The notes under the pieces are model-generated. The model saw only the letters and a program-made list of their open reading frames with translations, ran no database searches and was not told the DNA's origin. Below, one piece after another: positions 49,109 through 56,528 of a stretch of DNA of 64,000 bases (within the stretch, counting starts at the first letter, position 1; each line of letters opens with the position of its first letter). The DNA comes from Candidatus Daviesbacteria bacterium. Lineage in GTDB: Bacteria > Patescibacteriota > Microgenomatia > Daviesbacterales > UBA10151. The stretch is from the NCBI GenBank assembly GCA_016176335.1, contig JACOXI010000003.1:194477-258476 (forward strand), given 5' to 3'. The translations under genes and the position numbers were made by a program.

Positions 49109-49140
49109 GCCTCCTGAAGTTTGAGGGGGCTTATTTTTTT
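49109..49140 (+). terminator. intrinsic terminator (GCCTCCT-GAAGTTTG-AGGGGGC + TTATTTTTTT)
   Basis: 7-bp stem (one G-U) followed by a 10-nt T-rich tract, after the unassigned segment downstream of rpsG. Confidence 0.6.
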
Positions 49141-49160
49141 AGATGGAGTAAAATGAATTT

Positions 49161-49382
49161 ATGGAGAAAAAGTTGAGGAAAGAAAAATTGAAGATGTGGA
49201 GAGAAAACCTCCAAAAATTAGAGGAGCAACTTGCTGCTGTGCAGCTTAAAAAAGGTGCTGCTGCGCAAGAGGGAGATCTGTCCGAAAATGCAGCCTACAT
49301 TATGGCAATTGAGGATGCCGAGACCTTGCGGGTACAAATTGAACAGGTGAAAAAAATAATTCAAGAATTGGAGGAAGGGTAA
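49161..49382 (+). CDS. GreA/GreB N-terminal coiled-coil domain-only protein (73 aa)
   Basis: LQKLEEQLAAV...GDLSENAAYIMAIEDAETLRVQIEQVKKII matches the Gre N-terminal coiled-coil (GDLxENAEY signature); no C-terminal FKBP-like domain encoded. Confidence 0.55.
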   Translation: MEKKLRKEKLKMWRENLQKLEEQLAAVQLKKGAAAQEGDLSENAAYIMAIEDAETLRVQIEQVKKIIQELEEG

Positions 49383-49453
49383 AGGGGGAAGCGGAAAGGG
49401 GAAAGTACATATATAACTTTACCCTTCACCCTTGACGCTTTACGCTAAAAACT

Positions 49454-51616
49454 ATGCCAGTTCAAAAGACCAAACGGGATTTTCCGTTAGATCGCATACG
49501 CAATATAGGCATTATTGCCCATATTGATGCAGGGAAAACCACTACAACCGAGCGAATCCTCTTTTATACAGGCAGATCATACAAAATCGGAAATATTGAT
49601 GAAGGCACAACAGTGACTGACTGGATGGAGCAGGAAAGGGAGAGAGGAATTACTATTGTTTCTGCTGCTGTCACCACTTTTTGGACAGTTAAATCTGGTC
49701 TTTTTGAAGGAACTGAAACAAGAATTAATTTAATTGATACTCCCGGACACGTTGATTTTACGGCAGAAGTTGAAAGATCTTTGCGAGTATTGGATGGAGC
49801 AGTAATTGTTTTGGATAGCTCTTCCGGTGTGCAATCTCAAACCGAGACTGTTTGGAGGCAGGCCAATAAATACAGTGTGCCCCTTATTGCCTTTGCCAAC
49901 AAAATGGATGTGGTGGGTGCGGATTTTGCCGCTACTATTCAATCTGCCAGAGACAGGTTAGGTGCAAATGCTGTTGCTTACAATTTACCCATGGGAAAAG
50001 AGAATGATTTTAAAGGAGTAGTAGATCTTTTAACTGAAAAAGCAATAATTTGGGAAGGTGATCCCTCGACTCCGCTCGGGACAAGTGATACCGGTGCCAA
50101 ATTTACCGAAGTAGCAATACCTGCTGATATGGTGGATCAAGTTAAAGAGGCCCGTGAGAAGTTGGTGGAAGAGATTTCAGGGACAGATGATGTGTTAATG
50201 GAAAAATACTTGGCTGCAGAGGAAATCAGCATCGATGAACTCAAAAAGGCTTTGAGAAAAGCAGTTATTGATAATAAAATTGTGCCTGTTTTGGCAGGAT
50301 CATCTTTGCGCAACAAAGGCGTTCAACCTATGCTTGATTCAGTGGTAGAGTATCTGCCATCCCCACAAGATATTGGGCAAGTGTCGGGCCAAAACCCTCA
50401 AACAGGTGAGATGGTTATACGTAAAGCTGATCCCCTCGCTCCCTTATCTGCTTTGGCTTTTAAGATTCAGGTTGATCCGCACGTTGGAAAACTTACTTAT
50501 ATTAGGGTTTACTCTGGAACTTTAAAAAGTGGTTCTTATGTTTACAACTCCACTAAGCAAATTAAGGAAAGAGTCGGCAGACTACTCTTGATGCATGCCA
50601 ATGACCGGGAAGAGATTGAGGAAGCTTATGCAGGGGAAATTGTGGCTGCAGTAGGACTTAAGGATACTATCACCGGAGATACACTTTGTGATGAGATTGC
50701 TCCTATTATTTTAGAATCCATCTCATTTCCTGATCCGGTTATTTCCTTGGCCATTGAGCCGAAAACAAAATCCGATCAGGAAAAATTAGGCTATGCTTTA
50801 CAAAGACTGGCAGAGGAAGATCCAACCTTCAGAATAAAGAGCGATCCTGAAACAGCCCAGACTATTATTGCCGGAATGGGGGAATTACAGCTGGAGATTT
50901 TAGTGGAGCGAATGAGGAGGGAGTTTAAAGTGGATGCCAATGTTGGCCAGCCTCAGGTTGCCTATAAAGAAACCATTACTAAAATGGCAGAGGGAGAAGG
51001 TAAGTATATCAGGCAAACTGGTGGTCGGGGTCAATATGGTCACTGTCTTTTAAGAATTGAGCCTTTGCCTCGTGGACAAGGAAGAGAATTTGTTTCCGAA
51101 ATTACTGGCGGAGCAATACCACGGGAGTTTATTTCTCCCATTGAAAAAGGTGTTATTGAGAAAGAAGATACCGGAATTTTGGCAGGATACCCGTTAACAG
51201 ATATTAAGGTGGCAGTATACGATGGATCTTTTCATGATGTTGATTCATCAGAGGTGGCATTTAAAATTGCCGCTTCTTTAGGTTTGTCTGAAGCTGCCAA
51301 AAAAGCAGATATGATTTTGCTCGAACCTATCATGAAGGTTGAGGTGACAACCCCGGATGAGTTTATGGGGGATATTATCGGTGATCTATCTTCCAAAAGA
51401 GCCCAAATTTTGGGATCGGAAAAGCGGGGAAATTATACCATCATTAATGCTTTGGTACCCTTGGCAGAGATGCACGGATACGCAACAGCTCTTCGCAGTA
51501 TGTCCCAAGGTCGAGCCGGCTACTATATGGAGGCTGATCACTACGAACCGGTACCAGCCCAAATCACTGCCAAAATAGTTGAATCCTCTGGATTTACAGG
51601 CCGTGTTGAGCATTAG
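49454..51616 (+). CDS. fusA: translation elongation factor G
   Basis: [21 protein letters not shown] motifs; domains I-V of EF-G; 720 aa. Confidence 0.97.
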   Translation: MPVQKTKRDFPLDRIRNIGIIAHIDAGKTTTTERILFYTGRSYKIGNIDEGTTVTDWMEQERERGITIVSAAVTTFWTVKSGLFEGTETRINLIDTPGHVDFTAEVERSLRVLDGAVIVLDSSSGVQSQTETVWRQANKYSVPLIAFANKMDVVGADFAATIQSARDRLGANAVAYNLPMGKENDFKGVVDLLTEKAIIWEGDPSTPLGTSDTGAKFTEVAIPADMVDQVKEAREKLVEEISGTDDVLMEKYLAAEEISIDELKKALRKAVIDNKIVPVLAGSSLRNKGVQPMLDSVVEYLPSPQDIGQVSGQNPQTGEMVIRKADPLAPLSALAFKIQVDPHVGKLTYIRVYSGTLKSGSYVYNSTKQIKERVGRLLLMHANDREEIEEAYAGEIVAAVGLKDTITGDTLCDEIAPIILESISFPDPVISLAIEPKTKSDQEKLGYALQRLAEEDPTFRIKSDPETAQTIIAGMGELQLEILVERMRREFKVDANVGQPQVAYKETITKMAEGEGKYIRQTGGRGQYGHCLLRIEPLPRGQGREFVSEITGGAIPREFISPIEKGVIEKEDTGILAGYPLTDIKVAVYDGSFHDVDSSEVAFKIAASLGLSEAAKKADMILLEPIMKVEVTTPDEFMGDIIGDLSSKRAQILGSEKRGNYTIINALVPLAEMHGYATALRSMSQGRAGYYMEADHYEPVPAQITAKIVESSGFTGRVEH
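50060..50083. repeat. fusA copy of the 24-nt DPSTxLGT-coding repeat (see 13267-13290)
   Basis: 23/24 identical to the grpE copy. Confidence 0.7.
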
Positions 51617-51681
51617 AATTATTACGGGGAGTAAAATATTTGCTGATTTTTTGGCGGATATCTGGGAATCAAATATCTGTT

Positions 51682-51710
51682 TTGACAAAGCGTACGGAAA
51701 AGCGTACACT
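51682..51710 (+). promoter_or_regulatory. yefM promoter with candidate antitoxin operator: TTGACA-17-TACACT overlapping direct repeat AGCGTAC-N5-AGCGTAC (GTAC cores 12 bp apart)
   Basis: CGTACG (51691-51696) and CGTACA (51703-51708) centres are 12 bp apart, inside the spacer and -10 of the promoter; ATG 9 nt after the -10 (near-leaderless). Confidence 0.5.
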
Positions 51711-51718
51711 GCTTTTAT

Positions 51719-52042
51719 ATGACCACAGTTTCTGTAACTCAAGCCCGTGCCAATTTATACGATCTTATTGATAAGGTTTCTACGTCTGGTAAACCAGTTG
51801 GAATTACCAATAAAGGTCAAACAAAAGCTATTTTAATTTCTCCGGAAGAGTTAAGATCTTGGGAGGTAACCATGGAAGTTATGAATGATAAAGAGTTGAT
51901 GGAGCAAATCAGAGAAAGTAAGAAAGATATTAAAGCTGGGAGGATTTACTCACTTGATGAAGTAGAAAAGGAGTTAAGATCAGTAAGGGATGTATCAGGT
52001 AAACCTATCAAATCAGGCAAGAAAAAGTCTAAAAAAGCTTGA
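51719..52042 (+). CDS. yefM: type II antitoxin, Phd/YefM family
   Basis: MTTVSVTQARANLYDLIDKV...KPVGITNKGQTKAILISPEELRSWEVTME closely resembles YefM/Phd; followed by a toxin ORF. Confidence 0.8.
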   Translation: MTTVSVTQARANLYDLIDKVSTSGKPVGITNKGQTKAILISPEELRSWEVTMEVMNDKELMEQIRESKKDIKAGRIYSLDEVEKELRSVRDVSGKPIKSGKKKSKKA

Positions 52043-52241
52043 TTATAAATTCCAAGATAAAGTATTGAAATCCCTGAGACTACTTGAGGTTGATCCATTT
52101 CTGGGTGAAAAAATGGGTGGACAATTCAAAGGATCTTTCCGAATTAAGATTCCGCCTTTGAGAATAATTTATACTCCGGATTTTAGTCGGAAGATAATTT
52201 TAGTTGAGGCTATCGGCCACAAAGGAGATATCTACAAATAA
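51990..52241 (+). CDS. type II toxin, RelE/ParE superfamily (YoeB/Txe-like)
   Basis: MYQVNLSNQARKSLKKLDYKFQDKVLKSL...FRIKIPPLRIIYTPDFSRKIILVEAIGHKGDIY matches RelE/ParE fold signature; overlaps the antitoxin 3' end by 53 nt in another frame. Confidence 0.75.
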   Translation: MYQVNLSNQARKSLKKLDYKFQDKVLKSLRLLEVDPFLGEKMGGQFKGSFRIKIPPLRIIYTPDFSRKIILVEAIGHKGDIYK

Positions 52242-52325
52242 ATATTTTCTGTTGCCAGGATCCAGATGGCAACATCTTCGGCCTCTTGAAATCCAGTGAT
52301 TTTTATTAGAAAATAGATTTATCCT

Positions 52326-53483
52326 TTAATTTGAAGGCATTTTTTTACTTTTTTCTATAATAGCCGCAACACGAACTATAAAATCTTGGACATCAAGGAA
52401 GAAATTAGGATATGCTCTTTTTAAAGAATTTATATCACCTGCAGATACAAGAACAGGTTCTATTTTCTCACCATTAGCTACCCTAGCTTCAGCCTCAGTA
52501 TAGTCCTCGGAGGCTTTCTTAATGTTGTCCTTTGCGTAAGATGTTATTCTAACCTTTTTTTCTAAAGAATTTAAGATAATTAAATGGTAATAAGAACCCT
52601 TTCCTTTTTTATCTGCAATGATTTTCAAAGCAAATTTATAGCTCTCCATAGCATTTAATGCTCTAATATCTTCAGCAATATGAGCAACAGCATCAAAAGT
52701 TTCTTTTTTGTCCATTTTATTATATTTTGAGATTCTAGGCGTACCTTCAATATAAGCAAATGCTGAAGATGTAATAGCAAAAAAGTCGCGCCACTTTTTT
52801 TCTCCCTCTCCAGATTTAAGTGCCTGTCCGAGATAAGTTCCCATTGTTTCAACAGCGGTAGCCCATGCGTGTTGTAGCTTTGTCCTAATTTGTAGTTCTA
52901 ATAAGAGTCCATTATATTCTGGTTTAATTTTATTTTTATACCTATAGACTAAATGTACGCTACGATATCCATCCTCTTTTGGATTCTGAATATAATCATC
53001 CGTTCGAACCAATCTATGCTGAAACTTTTTATCCATAAGATATATCGATTCGAGTTGGGTAACATCTTTGATAGATTTAACAACTGCTCTTAAACCACCT
53101 ATGTCCTGCATTCTAGCAAGTTTCATACCTCTGAATCTTCTCAATTTATCAATTATTGTGGACATACGTTTTAAACGCTGAGCTACAATTGCATTTGATT
53201 TCAATCTCCTCAATCTGGTTCTTAATGTAGCTTGAAAAGTATTCATTGGGTAACCATGACAAGCGCGCCAATTACTTAGAACATCGAGAGCATGATTAAA
53301 TTGTTCTTGGTCATTAGATTTACGACTGATTAAGATATCGCCTGCTCTATCTACTGCGGAATTTGAATAATCGGGTTGTGGAAATACCATAGCGGTTATT
53401 ATACAAATATCCCAGAAATAATCAAAAGACACCTTGGCTACGAAAGATTTTAAAACGTTTTTACCTCTTGCATAATCAGGCAA
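52326..53483 (-). CDS. RelA/SpoT-domain nucleotidyltransferase (small alarmone synthetase fold; toxSAS/CapRel-like architecture with 150-aa C-terminal extension)
   Basis: Synthetase motifs DIGGLRAVV, DGYRSVHLVY, ELQIRTKLQHAWA present. No synthetase-partner hydrolase domain. About 150 aa of unknown C-terminal domain. Start may be the internal MVFPQP at 53388-53390. Confidence 0.8.
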   Translation of the reverse strand: MPDYARGKNVLKSFVAKVSFDYFWDICIITAMVFPQPDYSNSAVDRAGDILISRKSNDQEQFNHALDVLSNWRACHGYPMNTFQATLRTRLRRLKSNAIVAQRLKRMSTIIDKLRRFRGMKLARMQDIGGLRAVVKSIKDVTQLESIYLMDKKFQHRLVRTDDYIQNPKEDGYRSVHLVYRYKNKIKPEYNGLLLELQIRTKLQHAWATAVETMGTYLGQALKSGEGEKKWRDFFAITSSAFAYIEGTPRISKYNKMDKKETFDAVAHIAEDIRALNAMESYKFALKIIADKKGKGSYYHLIILNSLEKKVRITSYAKDNIKKASEDYTEAEARVANGEKIEPVLVSAGDINSLKRAYPNFFLDVQDFIVRVAAIIEKSKKMPSN

Positions 53484-53592
53484 ATTATTGTATATTTATA
53501 TCTGTTACCAGCTTAAGGGGCTGGTATTTAATTGTCATTTGTCATATTGAGTCTGGACAAGATGAGATGGATAATGATAAAATAACAAAATT

Positions 53593-54777
53593 ATGGCTGA
53601 ACAGAAAAAGTTTGACAGAAGTAAACCCCACGTAAATATTGGTACCATGGGTCATGTTGACCATGGTAAAACCACTCTTACTGCAGCTATTACCAAAGTT
53701 TTAGCTGGCAAAGGTCTGGCTGAAGCTCGCTCTGTTGACCAAATTGACAATGCTCCTGAAGAAAAAGCCCGCGGTATCACCATCAATATCTCCCACCAGG
53801 AATACGAAACCGAAAAAAGACATTATGCTCATATAGACATGCCTGGTCACGCAGACTATATTAAGAACATGATTACCGGCGCCGCACAAACAGATGGCGC
53901 CATTTTAGTTGTTTCCGCGCCTGACGGCCCAATGCCGCAAACCAGAGAACATTTGCTTTTGGCAAGACAAGTAGGAGTTCCAGCAATTGTAGTATTTTTG
54001 AACAAAGTTGATATGGTTGATGATGCGGAACTGCTGGATTTGGTGGAAGAAGAAGTCCGGGATCTTTTGAAAAAATATGAATATGATCCGCAGTCACCTA
54101 TTATTCGCGGTTCTGCTAAAAAAGCTTTGGAAGGTGATGCGGAGGCTGTGAAGGCTGTTGAAGAACTTATGGCCAAGGTGGATGAATGGATTCCAACACC
54201 GGTCAGAGATGTGGAGAAACCATTTTTGATGGCTGTTGAGGATGTTTTCTCCATCAAAGGCAGAGGAACTGTGGTAACCGGAAGAATTGAAAGAGGCAAG
54301 GTTAAAGTTAATGAGGAAATTGAAATTGTGGGGATTAGACCTACCAAAAAGAGTGTGGTGACGGGAATTGAGATGTTTCACAAAATGTTGGATGAAGGAC
54401 AAGCCGGAGATAATGCCGGCATACTGCTTCGAGGTATTGAGAAAGATGATGTGGAAAGAGGTCAGGTTTTGGCCAAACCCTCCTCAATCACTCCTCATGC
54501 CGAATTTGAAGCAGAAGTTTATATTTTATCTAAGGAAGAGGGCGGAAGGCACACGCCTTTCTTCAAAGGTTACAGACCACAATTTTATATCAGGACCACA
54601 GATGTAACAGGTGAGGTACAACTGCCGGAAGGTGTGGAGATGGCCATGCCGGGAGACACGGTTAAAGTTACCGGTAAATTAATTACACCGGTTGCTATGG
54701 AAGATGGTTTAAGGTTTGCTGTCCGCGAAGGTGGTAAAACTGTTGGAGCTGGGGTAATTACGAAAATTATTGCTTAA
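53593..54777 (+). CDS. tuf: translation elongation factor Tu
   Basis: 394 aa; [22 protein letters not shown]; full EF-Tu conservation. Confidence 0.98.
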   Translation: MAEQKKFDRSKPHVNIGTMGHVDHGKTTLTAAITKVLAGKGLAEARSVDQIDNAPEEKARGITINISHQEYETEKRHYAHIDMPGHADYIKNMITGAAQTDGAILVVSAPDGPMPQTREHLLLARQVGVPAIVVFLNKVDMVDDAELLDLVEEEVRDLLKKYEYDPQSPIIRGSAKKALEGDAEAVKAVEELMAKVDEWIPTPVRDVEKPFLMAVEDVFSIKGRGTVVTGRIERGKVKVNEEIEIVGIRPTKKSVVTGIEMFHKMLDEGQAGDNAGILLRGIEKDDVERGQVLAKPSSITPHAEFEAEVYILSKEEGGRHTPFFKGYRPQFYIRTTDVTGEVQLPEGVEMAMPGDTVKVTGKLITPVAMEDGLRFAVREGGKTVGAGVITKIIA

Positions 54778-54834
54778 GTTACTTAAGTAACTTAAAATGC
54801 ACATTGAAAGGGAAATCCCTACAGGGATTATAAT

Positions 54835-55143
54835 ATGCCAAGAGGAAGAATCAGAGTAAAACTGAAAAGTTATGATTATCGGGTGTTGGATCACACCTGT
54901 GAGTCCCTTTTGGATACAGCCCTTCGAACCGGTGCCAAGATTGTTGGCCCAATACCTCTCCCTACAAAAATTGAAAGAATTACTGTTTTAAAATCTCCTC
55001 ATACAGATAAAGATTCAAGAGAAGCTTTTGAAATAAAAACCCATAAAAGAATGATTGATATTGTAGAACCTACCCAAAAAACCATAGATTCCCTGATGCA
55101 CCTTGAGATCCCGGCAGGCGTTGACATTGAAGTTAAGATGTGA
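54835..55143 (+). CDS. rpsJ: 30S ribosomal protein S10
   Basis: RIRVKLKSYDYRVLD...VGPIPLPT S10 signature. Confidence 0.95.
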   Translation: MPRGRIRVKLKSYDYRVLDHTCESLLDTALRTGAKIVGPIPLPTKIERITVLKSPHTDKDSREAFEIKTHKRMIDIVEPTQKTIDSLMHLEIPAGVDIEVKM

Positions 55144-55185
55144 CACTCTGTGTCATCCTGAGGGCGAAGCCCGAAGGATCTCTGA
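55141..55185. repeat. GC-rich structured repeat element (copy A) starting at the TGA stop of rpsJ
   Basis: TGACACTCTGTGTCATCCTGAGGGCGAAGCCCGAAGGATCT: a 5-bp hairpin then an extended hairpin AUCCU-GA-GGGC-GAA-GCCC-GA-AGGAU. The first 27 nt match copy C at 20 of 23 aligned positions. Confidence 0.5.
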
Positions 55186-55192
55186 ACTTGTT

Positions 55193-55468
55193 TCAGATAC
55201 CATCTAAAAGATTCTTAAATGCTGGGTTAATGGTTTTTATAAGTGCCATTTTCCTTTTTCTTGTCCAACCCTTTATTTTCTTCTCTGCGTTTATGGCGTC
55301 CATAACTTGGTCAAATTCTTGATAATAAACTAACTTATTTATATTGTATTTACTTGTAAAGTGATATTTCTTTATTCTATGTTCATGTATCCGACGCTCT
55401 AAATTGTTAGTTACTCCCACATAAAGAGTATTGGATTTATTTGTTAGGATATAAACATAATAAGACAT
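55193..55468 (-). CDS. GIY-YIG nuclease family protein (YhbQ/UPF0213-like, 91 aa)
   Basis: YYVYILTNKSNTLYVGVTNNLERRIHEH = GIY-YIG core with conserved Arg/Glu; reverse strand inside the S10 operon. Confidence 0.8.
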   Translation of the reverse strand: MSYYVYILTNKSNTLYVGVTNNLERRIHEHRIKKYHFTSKYNINKLVYYQEFDQVMDAINAEKKIKGWTRKRKMALIKTINPAFKNLLDGI

Positions 55469-55530
55469 GATTAGAAGTATCTCACATTCGTGAGAGATGT
55501 TTCGCTTCGCTCAACATGACAATTGTCAGC

Positions 55531-55559
55531 TTGCATTTAGATTCAGCCTCTGTTAAAAT
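55531..55559 (+). promoter_or_regulatory. candidate promoter for rplC and downstream r-protein genes (TTGCAT-17-TAAAAT), flanked by ACAATTGTCA palindromic repeats
   Basis: Hexamers with 17-nt spacer. TGACAATTGTCA (55517-55528, perfect 12-bp palindrome) and ACAATTGTCA (55595-55604) bracket it. Confidence 0.35.
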
Positions 55560-55674
55560 TTCCTTACTGATGATTTTATTGTCAGGTTGATTTAACAATT
55601 GTCAATTTTCAGTAGATCGTGCGTCCTACTCCGCGTAAAGCTTCGCAGGATACGACGATTGAAAGCGAGATACT

Positions 55675-55729
55675 GAGTGAGAGCCTGAGTGGTTCGAGTA
55701 CCCTCACCATTGAAGGCCTCACTCTTTTT
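55675..55729 (+). terminator. terminator-like/attenuator hairpin immediately upstream of rplC (GAGTGAGAGCC ... GGCCTCACTC + TTTTT)
   Basis: Arms complementary over 10 nt apart from one unpaired A in the left arm, enclosing a 29-nt interior; U-tract ends 13 nt before the rplC ATG. Confidence 0.45.
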
Positions 55730-55742
55730 AATGCTTTAAATT

Positions 55743-56528
55743 ATGATTAACAGTTTATTAGGAATTAAGAAAAATATGACATCAACTTATGACTCTCGGG
55801 GAAGAAGGGTGGGGGCGACTGTGGTGGAGATCCAGCCTAATTTAGTGACTCAAATTAAGGCAACTGACGGAAAAGATGGATATGATGCAGTGCAACTGGG
55901 AATAGGAAGCAAAAAGTCAGTTAAAAAGCCCCAGCTTGGACACGGTAAAAAGGTGGGAATAGAGAAACCGATCCGCTGGTTTAGGGAAATTAGAATTATG
56001 AATCCCAAATCAAGCTTAGAAGATTTACAGCCTGGACAAGATATAAAACTTGACCAGGTTTTTTCAATCGGAGATGCGGTTAAAGTTAGCGGAACTTCCA
56101 AAGGTAAGGGATTTCAAGGTGGTGTCAGAAGGCACGGATTTCATGGTGGGCCAAAGACTCATGGTCAATCTGACAGGCATCGTGCCCCGGGAGCTATTGG
56201 TTCAGGCACCACGCCGGGAAGAGTTTATAAAGGCAAAAGAATGGCAGGACATATGGGTAATACCCAAGCCAGTATTAAGAATTTGGAGATAGTTGGTTTG
56301 GATAAAGAGAAGAATTTATTGATGGTAAAAGGCGGGATACCAGGTCCAACAGGAAGACTTGTAAAGATTACAAAGTTAGGAAGAATCAAAGGTTACACTC
56401 CACCACCGGAGGAAAAGGTGGAGGAGAGTGAAGAGGGTAAAGGGGAAAGCGTTAAGGGTGAAGAAAAGACAGAAAGTCAACCAACTGAAGAAGCACCAAA
56501 AGAAGGAGAAGAAAATGCCAAAAGTTAA
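55743..56528 (+). CDS. rplC: 50S ribosomal protein L3 (with Glu/Lys-rich C-terminal extension)
   Basis: L3 family conservation; acidic/basic C-terminal tail. Confidence 0.95.
   Translation: MINSLLGIKKNMTSTYDSRGRRVGATVVEIQPNLVTQIKATDGKDGYDAVQLGIGSKKSVKKPQLGHGKKVGIEKPIRWFREIRIMNPKSSLEDLQPGQDIKLDQVFSIGDAVKVSGTSKGKGFQGGVRRHGFHGGPKTHGQSDRHRAPGAIGSGTTPGRVYKGKRMAGHMGNTQASIKNLEIVGLDKEKNLLMVKGGIPGPTGRLVKITKLGRIKGYTPPPEEKVEESEEGKGESVKGEEKTESQPTEEAPKEGEENAKS

Noticed and set aside
52253-52275. Hairpin GTTGCCA-GGATCCAGA-TGGCAAC between the convergent relE-like and RelA/SpoT-domain genes as a bidirectional terminator
   Set aside because: No U-tract on either strand; may still pause transcription but cannot be called a terminator from sequence.
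53484-53592. Hairpin TACCAGC-TTAAGGG-GCTGGTA + TTTAATTG upstream of tuf as tuf attenuator or toxSAS regulatory site
   Set aside because: Weak, interrupted T-tract and no upstream + strand gene to terminate; it overlaps the likely promoter region of the reverse-strand RelA/SpoT-domain gene, so function is ambiguous.
55517-55528. Perfect 12-bp palindrome TGACAATTGTCA (and 14-bp GTTACTTAAGTAAC at 54779-54792) as specific operator sites
   Set aside because: Perfect 12-bp palindromes are expected about 15 times by chance in 64 kb and 14-bp palindromes a few times. Kept only as context in the GIY-YIG flank description because ACAATTGTCA recurs within 80 bp; not claimed as a validated operator.
55689-55700. 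GGTTCGAGTACC resembles a tRNA T-arm (GGTTCGAnTCC)
   Set aside because: Extra base breaks the T-loop, flanking 5-bp T-stem cannot be formed, and no acceptor stem/anticodon arm is found upstream; it is part of the terminator-like hairpin instead.
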